A DNA stretch of 64,000 bases from Patescibacteria group bacterium (GTDB lineage Bacteria > Patescibacteriota > Patescibacteriia > GWA2-46-9), in the NCBI GenBank assembly GCA_041660005.1, contig JBAZXG010000006.1, forward strand, positions 1,879-65,878, in the 5' to 3' direction. Positions 49,816-58,135 of this stretch are shown here, one piece after another. Below the pieces are notes generated by a model, which saw only the letters and a list, made by a program, of their open reading frames with translations, did no database searches and was not told the origin of the DNA. How positions within the stretch are numbered: the stretch's first letter is position 1; each line of letters begins with the position of its first letter. The position numbers and the translations under genes are program-made.

Positions 49816-51348
49816 TTATATTTTTTTCACCACTCCATGATTTGCGTTAACTTCTACAAGGTCTCCGTCTTTCAAAACCTCTGTGGCTATTTTAGTTCCA
49901 ATAATACAAGGTATTCCGAGTTCCCTCGAAATAATTGCGGCGTGTGAAGTAACGCCACCTTCGTCAGTTACAATCGCAGCAGCTAACTTCATGGCAGATA
50001 TGTAATCAGGCCTCGTCATAACGGCTACCAGAATATCGCCTCTCTGAATCTTATTAACTTCTTTTACGCTTTTTAGCACCTTAACTCTCCCAACGACTTT
50101 TCCAGTAGAAGCAGCTAACCCTCTGAATTCGTTCATACCTGATACATCGGTACTGCCGAAAATTTTTTCTTTTACGGCATCCGCATCGTGACCAGACAAT
50201 GCTTCATGGCCTTCTTTGTCCCAATAAAAAACACAACCTTTTCTCCTCTCCCTTAACTCTTTTACCTTTGGCTTTTCCTGAAAAATTTTCGACACCTCTC
50301 TCGGGCTCAAATACTTAAGCTCTTCCAAGGGAATTCTTACCCTGCGGCTAATCTCTCCCAAAATTAAACTCATGTAATGCATTGTCCAAAACACCGCCTT
50401 TTTACGATCATCCTGCCACTTAGTAAAATCTTCTGAAATAGTGATCATTGCTTTGAGCTCACTCGATAGCTGCAATTTTTTCATCATTTCTTGCTTCTTT
50501 TTCTTATTCAACGCTGGCGTTTCTTTAACCCTTTTGAGTTCCTCTTTTATATTAAGCTTCAGTTTTTTAAGATTCGCTATTTCTTTTTTAAAATAGTCAA
50601 CACTCAACACATGATGATCCACATAATTATTATGAATCCAGAAGTAACTTTGCTGATGCTTTTTTAATGCTTCCCGACCCCCCTGCAGCGCAACGCTAAG
50701 TAAGCTCACCTCTGCTTCATTAATAAAAGAAAGATGTACCGGAGCGGTTAAAATAGAAAAAACATCTGTAAAACGGTGAGTGTTTTTTATCTTGGACTGG
50801 TTATACGCCACTTGGATCTTTTTTGCCACCAACTCATCAGTGCCAAGAGCAAAAGCGTCAATTAAGGAACTAGAGCTATTTCTCTTTAATATAACTTCTA
50901 CAAAGTCATCATGGAGCTGCATCAACGCTCGATTATTGAGCTTTGTTAACTTCTTTTGTTTAACTTCTTTGCATTTCTGATAAAATGCTACCTCATCTTT
51001 TTTCCAGAGCTCCATAAAGTAACGACTGACATGGGGAATCTTTTTCGCTCTTTTAAGTATGGCAGTATATGTTCTTTTGATGTCTCGCATCAAAATGTAC
51101 CAACTCATCCCTCCATCTCTAAAAAAACCATAATGTACACTACAGTCACCACCGAGCTTCCTTTCTTTGTGTACCTGAATTTCTGCTTCCGCAATGAAGT
51201 GAACAAAGTAGGGCGAGGCATCAAATGCTTGAAGATACCACTGTTTCCGAGTCCACAAATGTAGTTTTCTTTTTGTTAACCCTTTAATGTATTGCATGAA
51301 ATTTTTATTGCCGAGGATAGCGAGTGAAGCGCAAATAGCAATTTGCAT
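49816..51348 (-). CDS. Paralog 1 (first gene of operon): N-terminal unknown domain + PEP-utilizing swivel domain
   Basis: C-terminus RGDILVAVMTRPDYISAMKLAAAIVTDEGGVTSHAAIISRELGIPCIIGT. A shared N-domain motif (S/K)YFW..NY is seen in several paralogs. Confidence 0.8.
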   Translation of the reverse strand: MQIAICASLAILGNKNFMQYIKGLTKRKLHLWTRKQWYLQAFDASPYFVHFIAEAEIQVHKERKLGGDCSVHYGFFRDGGMSWYILMRDIKRTYTAILKRAKKIPHVSRYFMELWKKDEVAFYQKCKEVKQKKLTKLNNRALMQLHDDFVEVILKRNSSSSLIDAFALGTDELVAKKIQVAYNQSKIKNTHRFTDVFSILTAPVHLSFINEAEVSLLSVALQGGREALKKHQQSYFWIHNNYVDHHVLSVDYFKKEIANLKKLKLNIKEELKRVKETPALNKKKKQEMMKKLQLSSELKAMITISEDFTKWQDDRKKAVFWTMHYMSLILGEISRRVRIPLEELKYLSPREVSKIFQEKPKVKELRERRKGCVFYWDKEGHEALSGHDADAVKEKIFGSTDVSGMNEFRGLAASTGKVVGRVKVLKSVKEVNKIQRGDILVAVMTRPDYISAMKLAAAIVTDEGGVTSHAAIISRELGIPCIIGTKIATEVLKDGDLVEVNANHGVVKKI

Positions 51349-51584
51349 TTCCGAGCGACGATAGAATCAAAGGGTTTAATACCCCGCGGCTACGCCGCGA
51401 TCCCTTTCTCAATCCGCCCACTGGCGGATTGATGGATCCAGGGCTTTGCCCTGGGGTTAATACCATTTATTTGCTTTTCTGTGAGATACCGTTACTTTAG
51501 CCGGTAATGAAAGTTTAGGCAAATCAAAAAACTACGAATTTTCTAAGAAAAACGGGCATTTTCTCAGTATTTTCCGCTTAACCA

Positions 51585-51613
51585 TTGACACATTTCAAGG
51601 GATGCGCTATGCT
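51585..51613 (+). promoter_or_regulatory. Sigma70-like promoter TTGACA-N17-TATGCT on the PLUS strand, reading into the ORF-free structured region
   Basis: accaTTGACAcatttcaagggatgcgcTATGCTact. Confidence 0.4.
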
Positions 51614-51619
51614 ACTTAG

Positions 51620-52580
51620 TTCCTTAAATGGAACATCCCGCTCTTTCATAGATTTAAAACCATACAGGGGAGAGAGACTCTGTAGAACCAAGGGCAGCGC
51701 ACGCTGTTTTTGGCGATACGCAAAAAGGCGTAACTCTCTCGAGTTGCGTCTTTTTGCTAAAGACGAGGTGACTACCGACTTCTGGGGCTAGACCTGTTCC
51801 GCTTTATGTGGACGGGATGGCTGACGGAAAGAATGGGCTGGTGCATAACTAGCTTGCTCCTTCTTTAAAGCCCCACACTTGGACGGCTTTCGAGCCAAAC
51901 CCAAGCCCTAGCCCGGAGGTCGGTGGACATCTCACAAGATGCACACTTTTGTGGTGGTCCTGTTATCAGGGCACCCACCGATGTGGAGGGTTAGAATCGT
52001 TCCGCCGACAGTGCGGACGATCGTTTTGAAGGAAGGATTGTTCTGGTTTATACTAGAACGCACCTTCTTGAGAAACATACCCAACGAATACCTTCGGGTA
52101 ACACGTTGGCCTAACCTCCAAATCGGTGGGTTTGTAAAAAACTCACAAACAGTGCGACGCGCGTGTGCGACGATAATCCACTCCTCATGGGAGGGAGAGT
52201 GGACAAGGGTCAGGAATACACAATTTTCCTACCCGCTCGCACACTACGCCGACGGATGTGGATGGCTCTGGCACACATCCCTTCCGTCGAAATTTGGCCA
52301 CATGGTCACGCTTCTAACCTGCTCTGAGGAGTACGGCTAAAGCCCGTCCGTGGCCAAAAGTTGAGAGACGACCGCATAATCGTCTCGCCAACATTGGAGG
52401 AGTCGTCTTGCTAATACCAAGCGACTCCTCCTACCACTTTATTTTTATAATAGGTACGTCGCCCTTTGCGATGAACGTCTCAATGCGTTAATCTCAGTGG
52501 GCGCCTAGTGCCTCCTTCGCGCAAAAGGGTGGCGGAGACGTGACCTTTACGCCTCCGCCACTCGCAAATCTTTTTTGCGG
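51620..52580 (+). ncRNA. Candidate large structured non-coding RNA (~0.95 kb), GC-enriched relative to coding flanks, ending at an intrinsic-terminator-like hairpin + T6 (52531-52576)
   Basis: No ORF >133 aa in any frame across 51349-53375; only short composition-biased ORFs. Dense local hairpins. Promoter at 51585-51613 and hairpin GGCGGAGACGTGACCTTTACGCCTCCGCC followed by ...tctttttt. No match to the rRNA, RNase P, tmRNA or SRP hallmarks I checked by eye. Confidence 0.3.
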
Positions 52581-52794
52581 CCTCCTCCCCTGAGGTCGCA
52601 AAGGGGGGAGGGTGCGCTTGTGCAAAACCGTGCATGTCGTGCCCTCCTCACCTCTCTTTTCTATACACCGGCGAGCTCGCACTCTCGCCTCTTCTCAAGG
52701 GGCAAGTAGTTCTCAAACACAAACGTCTCCTAAACAGGAAACGTATGCCGCGAGATAAATCTCTCTCCTCCTACTTGCCCCTTGAGAAGAAAAG

Positions 52795-52875
52795 CTTTAA
52801 AGGAAACCACACGGTTTCCTTTAATATTTCTTTCCCTCAGCATGAGGTCATTCAAAAATTATTCCGTGCGAGAAC
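52795..52875 (+). repeat. Copy 4 (fragment, modules A3'/E) of the tRNA-flanking repeat family, not next to a tRNA
   Basis: ggtttcctttaatatttctttccctcagcatgaggtcattcaaaaattattccgtgcg vs 23528-23590 and the reverse complement of 37386-37440. Confidence 0.55.
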
Positions 52876-53375
52876 ATTGTTACTCTTTTGCTTGTCCGAA
52901 TTTATTAACAAGAGCGAGTCCGCCGGAGGCGGATCCGCCTTCGGCGGAAAAATGACACCCGAAGGACTCGGCTGGGGGCTTGCTTCAGTGAGTGGGTCGA
53001 CGACCATGAACTTGTCGTCCGCACAATGGCGGACTCCTCAAACAGCATGGTCGTTTCTCGGCTCACTTTCCTCGCAAACTCCTACGCCGATCCTATAGGT
53101 AGTTTCACTCGGCTCTGACAAACCCCATCATCGACCGAGGAGAGCAGACAGACGAAACGAACACGAAAGAGCGGCAATGCTGTCTGAAGCGTAGCAAGTT
53201 CATTGCCGCCGTGTTCGTTTCGGCATGGCTGCCGACCAGGAGCGTCGATGCGGGGCGCCCTTCTTTTGGTTCGTTTTCTTGGGCGTGCAAGAAAATGAAC
53301 AACCGGCGGCCCTGCATCGCAGGACAAGTTTATTGAGCGAAAATTTTAGAAGGTTACGTTATAAAACGTATACCA

Positions 53376-54179
53376 TTAGCCAACCACTTCCACTTCTTCT
53401 CTTAATTGCTTAATGCTTAGCGCCTTTTGAGAATTCTCATCAATCTCTACCAACACCGCATTAACAATGCAGGTGCCTGATTCTGGAATTTCATGGCGCA
53501 CTGGCTGCTGCGTCAAAAAGCCATGAATAATGTTTTCCTTATCAACCCCAAGCACCGTTCCTTTGGCTCCAATCATGCCAGCGTCAGTTAGGTAGGCCGT
53601 ACCGCCTGGTAACACTTCTGCGTCACTGGTTGGAACATGAGTATGTGTTCCGAGCACAGCGCTTACTCGTCCATCAACATACAATCCAAAAGCAACTTTT
53701 TCACTCGTCGCTTCGGCGTGAAAATCAACAATCGTTCCTGCACGCTCAACATTTTTGTACTCTTCCAAAATGGCGTCTATGGCGCGGAATGGACAATCTA
53801 AATTCTCGTTCATGAATACCCGGCCCAAAAGATTCACCACCAACAATTTTTGAGTTCCCACCGTTACAAACACAACACCACGACCAGGAACTCCTGGCGG
53901 GTAGTTTGCCGGCCGCAACAATGCTATTTTTTCATCATCAATGATCTCGTAGACTTCGGGTTTCTTGAAGATATGGTTACCGCTTGTGAACACATTAACT
54001 CCAGCCGCCTGTATTTCACTAATTGTTGCCATTGTAACACCTTTGCCATGCGCCAAATTTTCTACATTTGCGATAATCAAGTCCGGTCGATAACGGTCTT
54101 TCCAGTGCGGCAGCACCGCAGCAACACCCCGCCGTCCAATCCGCCCCATAACGTCGCCGAAGAAAAGTATGCGAAGCAT
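53376..54179 (-). CDS. ymdB: YmdB-family metallophosphoesterase (2',3'-cyclic-nucleotide phosphodiesterase-like, TIGR00282)
   Basis: 267 aa; ILFFGDVMGRIGR, GNHIF, calcineurin-like metal ligands. Conserved partner downstream of rny. Confidence 0.8.
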   Translation of the reverse strand: MLRILFFGDVMGRIGRRGVAAVLPHWKDRYRPDLIIANVENLAHGKGVTMATISEIQAAGVNVFTSGNHIFKKPEVYEIIDDEKIALLRPANYPPGVPGRGVVFVTVGTQKLLVVNLLGRVFMNENLDCPFRAIDAILEEYKNVERAGTIVDFHAEATSEKVAFGLYVDGRVSAVLGTHTHVPTSDAEVLPGGTAYLTDAGMIGAKGTVLGVDKENIIHGFLTQQPVRHEIPESGTCIVNAVLVEIDENSQKALSIKQLREEVEVVG

Positions 54180-54318
54180 AAGTCAAAAGGCAAAAACCAA
54201 AAGTCAAAACTGCAACTTAAAACTTATCACTTCACTACTAAACCACTTACAACGTATCTGAAAACTAGTTTTGAATTTTGAATTGAAGTTTTGCATTCTA
54301 ACTTTTGAATTTTAATTT

Positions 54319-55842
54319 TTACCGAGCGTACTCCACAACTCTCGTCTCGCGAATACAGTTAACCTTGATTTCTCCGGGGTAGTTCAACTCCGCTTCAATG
54401 TTTCGCGCAATTTGCTGAGCAAGTTTTACCATGCCAAGATCATCAATTTCGGTCGGCGTAACGAATACGCGCACCTCACGTCCAGCCTGAATGGCGTAGG
54501 CCTTGGTTACACCAGGAATAGCCGTCGCCACTTTTTCAATCTCTTCAAGACGTTGAATGTAGCGCTCCACCGTATCGCGCCGCGCACCCGGTCGTGAACC
54601 AGAAATAGCATCAGCCGTGCGCACGATTACGCCTTCAATGGTTTCTGGACGATCTTCGTGGTGAGCAATTGCCATGTAGGCCATCTTTTCAGGAATGCCA
54701 TACTTCTTCATTAAACGGTACCCCAACTCAGTGTGAGCGCCCTGCACTTCATGGTCGACCGCTTTGCCGATGTCATGAAAGAGACCACCCTTTTTACAGA
54801 TAGTAACGTCCGCTCCCAGTTCTTCGGCAAGTAACCCAGAAAGCACGCCGACTTCAATTGAATGCTGTAGCACGTTTTGACCAAAACTCGTGCGGAATTT
54901 GAGGCGTCCTAAAATCTGCACAAGCTTCGGGTCAACCCCCGTAAGACCCAGTTGATACATAGCCTCTTCGCCTGCTTTTTTCATTTCGAGCGCCAATTCT
55001 CGCTTAGCTTCCTGTACGGCTTCTTCAATACGGGTCGGGTGAATTCGCCCATCGAGCATTAACCGCTCTATGGCGCGCTTTGCCAAATGACGGCGCACCA
55101 AGTTGAATCCAGAAATCATGATGCTCCCCGGCGTATCGTCAACAATAATTTCAACACCGGTCAACTGCTCCAACGCTTTAATGTTGCGCCCTTCTTTTCC
55201 AATAATGCGGCCCTTCATATCGTCGGACGGCAAATCAACGGTTGTGGTCATGGTGTCCGCGGCATGCGAAATAGCACAGCGCTGAATAACCATAGCGAGC
55301 ACTCGCTTTGCCTTTTCTTCAATTTCAACGGCGCCCTCATCCTGTAATTTGCGAATACGCACGACAATGTCTTCTTTCACTCCACTCTCAATGGTTGCCA
55401 TGAGCTGTTCCGTTGCTTCTTCACGACTGAGCTTTGCTACTCCTTCGAGTTTTGTAACCGCCTCTTTTTCGAGTACAACCAACTTAGCGGACTGCTCAAC
55501 AAGCGTCGCTTTTGCTACGTCGATCTTTTTTTCTTTTTCGTCAACGTCGAGGAGCTTCGTTTCAAAAAGAGCTTCACGCTTTTCTAACCGCTTGTGTTGC
55601 TCTTTTAACTCTTGCCGCTCGGTCGTAATTTCCTGCTTCGCTTCATCGATAATTTTTATCGACTTCTGCTTAGCCGACAAAACCGCTTCCTGCTCCTGGT
55701 GCTTTGCTGCCGCCAGAATTTCCTGCGCTTTCGTCTCTGCTGAATTGACTGTTCGTGCGCCAAGAAACTGACGCACGACATAACCAATGCCGAAACCAAT
55801 AGCTACTCCGGCTGAAACCGTAATTAATATATTTGCTGACAT
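54319..55842 (-). CDS. rny: Ribonuclease Y (N-terminal TM, coiled coil, KH and HD domains)
   Basis: 507 aa; KH GxxG (IIGKEGRNIKALE), HD motif (LFHDIGKAVDHE). Confidence 0.9.
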   Translation of the reverse strand: MSANILITVSAGVAIGFGIGYVVRQFLGARTVNSAETKAQEILAAAKHQEQEAVLSAKQKSIKIIDEAKQEITTERQELKEQHKRLEKREALFETKLLDVDEKEKKIDVAKATLVEQSAKLVVLEKEAVTKLEGVAKLSREEATEQLMATIESGVKEDIVVRIRKLQDEGAVEIEEKAKRVLAMVIQRCAISHAADTMTTTVDLPSDDMKGRIIGKEGRNIKALEQLTGVEIIVDDTPGSIMISGFNLVRRHLAKRAIERLMLDGRIHPTRIEEAVQEAKRELALEMKKAGEEAMYQLGLTGVDPKLVQILGRLKFRTSFGQNVLQHSIEVGVLSGLLAEELGADVTICKKGGLFHDIGKAVDHEVQGAHTELGYRLMKKYGIPEKMAYMAIAHHEDRPETIEGVIVRTADAISGSRPGARRDTVERYIQRLEEIEKVATAIPGVTKAYAIQAGREVRVFVTPTEIDDLGMVKLAQQIARNIEAELNYPGEIKVNCIRETRVVEYAR

Positions 55843-56126
55843 ACAGGTGTTCGTAGGAACACCATTCCGGCACTTGTGACGTGTTGGGGTAACGAAAAAC
55901 TCGGACCGTAATTACGTTCCGATACCTATCGTCTGACTTCTGCTAATAGTCGAATCATGGGAAGACAGAAAAAACCGCAACAACCGTCAACAAATAACCA
56001 AAACCGGTGTTCGTCGTCATTAATAGTTAAGAGGATGACTTGCGGCGCAACTGTACCATGATTGCCCGGTAAAGGCAAGCAGTAAAAAATGGCGTAGAAA
56101 CGCTATTCAAAAGATAATGACCTATC

Positions 56127-56726
56127 TTAACTCCTTGGGGTAGCCGAAATAATTTTATCAACAATACCGTACGTCAAAGCTTCTTTGGCGGTCATAAACC
56201 GATCTCGGTCGGTATCTTTCTCGACCTTACTAACCGGCTGCCCAGTATGACTGGCGAGAATTTTATTAAGTCGATCTTTGACACTGAGAATATGTTCGGC
56301 ACGAATTTTTACGTCAGATGCCTGCCCCTCGGCGCCACCCATTACCTGGTGCACCATGACTTCAGCATTCGGCAATATGAACCGTTTGCTCTTGGCTCCA
56401 GCAGCCAACAGTACCGCGCTCATGCTCGCCGCCATGCCAATGCAGATTGTTGAGACGTCCGCTTTTACATACTGCATCGTGTCGTAGATAGCGAGACCGG
56501 AGGTTACTGAACCACCGGGTGAGTTAATGTAGAGCTTAATGTCTTTTTTTGAACTGTCGGAGTCAAGAAAGAGCAGCTGCGCAATGACCGTGTTTGCCAC
56601 GGCGTCATCGACAACATCCCCGAGAAAAATGATGCGCTCTTTTAATAGGCGCGAGTAGATGTCGTAGGCACGCTCTCCAAAGTTCGATTTTTCAATCACG
56701 GTAGGTATCAGTGTCATAGTACGCAC
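56127..56726 (-). CDS. clpP: ATP-dependent Clp protease proteolytic subunit
   Basis: 199 aa; catalytic Ser motif [11 protein letters not shown], His (VMVHQ). Confidence 0.9.
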   Translation of the reverse strand: MRTMTLIPTVIEKSNFGERAYDIYSRLLKERIIFLGDVVDDAVANTVIAQLLFLDSDSSKKDIKLYINSPGGSVTSGLAIYDTMQYVKADVSTICIGMAASMSAVLLAAGAKSKRFILPNAEVMVHQVMGGAEGQASDVKIRAEHILSVKDRLNKILASHTGQPVSKVEKDTDRDRFMTAKEALTYGIVDKIISATPRS

Positions 56727-56793
56727 ATCCTAGCAGAATATGACCTTGGGGTAAAGCGAGAACCCATTTCAAAATTAGTTTTCGAGCTGGATT

Positions 56794-57765
56794 CTAAATA
56801 ACGCGCCACCCCTTACCATCGCGAACGATACGACCCGAAATGGTAAAACCTGCGGCCTTGCGATGCCCGCCTCCTCCTAACATTTGCGCCAAACGCCCAA
56901 CATTGACATCATCACGAGTGGTCCGAAAACTTCCCCGTACTTCTCCGTTCGGCAGCTCCTTTAGGATAAGTGCCGCGCGCATGTCACGAATACCATTTAA
57001 AAAATTGGCAAGTCCTTCGGTGGATTCGTCGTCAATCTGATGGTTCGAAAAATCTTCCTGCAAAATAACCGTGGTAACAATTCCTAACTTTTCATTCTTG
57101 GTGAGGCGCGCAAGAATATCTCCCCAGAGCTTTAAGGCATCGAAAGGTTTTGAGTGATAGAGTGCCTGAATGATGCGCCGATTCTCCGCCCCTTTGGCGT
57201 AGCAGTGCGCGGCAATCTCTAGGGCTCGAATAGTCGTACCACCATTTGAAAAATTCCCGGTATCCGCAATGATACCTGCTAAAATTGCAGTAGCGACGTC
57301 GCGAGTAATGTTCCAACCGCCTAGCTTTAAGACGTCATATACTAAAACGGTCGTGGCCGACGCTTCCGTATCGACTAAATTAGTGCTGCCAAACGGTGCA
57401 GCCATTTGATGATGATCAATATTTAACAATGGTACGCCAGAGTCACGCAGCGCTTTTAACTCCTCCTCAATGCCTGTTCGGCCGAGGTGACCAGCGTCTA
57501 CAACAGTGATGGCATCAATAGTCGAGCGGTTTATTTTAGAAAAATCCTGTACCAGTGGTATGCGTGGTTGCAAAAGAAATTGCAGCGATTCCGGGATCTC
57601 ACCAAGACAAAACAGCACCGGCGTTGATCCTTGCTCCTCCATGGCGTGTGCCATAGCCATAGTGGACCCTAGGGCGTCGGCATCAACATCCTTCAATAGC
57701 ACGAGCAGTGGATGACGTGCGTGGCGTAAGGTCTCAGCAACTTTTTGATATGCAGAAAAAGTCAT
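56794..57765 (-). CDS. nrnA: DHH/DHHA1 phosphoesterase, NrnA-like oligoribonuclease / pAp phosphatase
   Basis: 323 aa; DHH motif (NIDHHQ), DHHA1 GGGH motif (GGGGHRKAAG). Confidence 0.8.
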   Translation of the reverse strand: MTFSAYQKVAETLRHARHPLLVLLKDVDADALGSTMAMAHAMEEQGSTPVLFCLGEIPESLQFLLQPRIPLVQDFSKINRSTIDAITVVDAGHLGRTGIEEELKALRDSGVPLLNIDHHQMAAPFGSTNLVDTEASATTVLVYDVLKLGGWNITRDVATAILAGIIADTGNFSNGGTTIRALEIAAHCYAKGAENRRIIQALYHSKPFDALKLWGDILARLTKNEKLGIVTTVILQEDFSNHQIDDESTEGLANFLNGIRDMRAALILKELPNGEVRGSFRTTRDDVNVGRLAQMLGGGGHRKAAGFTISGRIVRDGKGWRVI

Positions 57766-58133
57766 GACGTCTTTATGGTGTCCTCCGGCGGCAAAGTGCG
57801 CGCTACTTGATTCAACAAAAGCTCCATCTCAGCGGCTTTCGTTTCAACATCATCCATCACAAAACGAACTTTGGGCACAATTTTAATTGGCAGTTCGTGA
57901 AAAAGAGACCGGTTAAGCGACGAAGAGAGGCGACGCAGTGCGGAGAGCGTGCCGCCGCGCTTCCCTTCAGGGAAAATGGTCACATACGCTACGGCATGTT
58001 TTAAATCCGCTGCTGTTTTTACGGTCGTCACCGTGCAGAGTACACCAACGGGTAGTTCTTCTTTGTGAGCAATGAGATACCTACTAATCTGCGACTGCAA
58101 CTCTGCGCTCATCTGGTCGGTCCGCCGCGACAT
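57762..58133 (-). CDS. rbfA: Ribosome-binding factor A
   Basis: 123 aa, KH-like fold signature; canonical position right after infB. Confidence 0.7.
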   Translation of the reverse strand: MSRRTDQMSAELQSQISRYLIAHKEELPVGVLCTVTTVKTAADLKHAVAYVTIFPEGKRGGTLSALRRLSSSLNRSLFHELPIKIVPKVRFVMDDVETKAAEMELLLNQVARTLPPEDTIKTS

Positions 58134-58135
58134 AG

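Noticed and set aside
37380-53375. Prophage carrying the dikinase operon
   Set aside because: No integrase, terminase, capsid, portal or other phage-like genes are recognisable. The island is metabolic in content.
51349-53375. Missing 23S/5S rRNA hidden in the 2-kb ORF-free region
   Set aside because: It is too short for a 23S, and I found none of the conserved 23S/5S blocks (e.g. sarcin-ricin loop, GTPase centre motifs) by eye.
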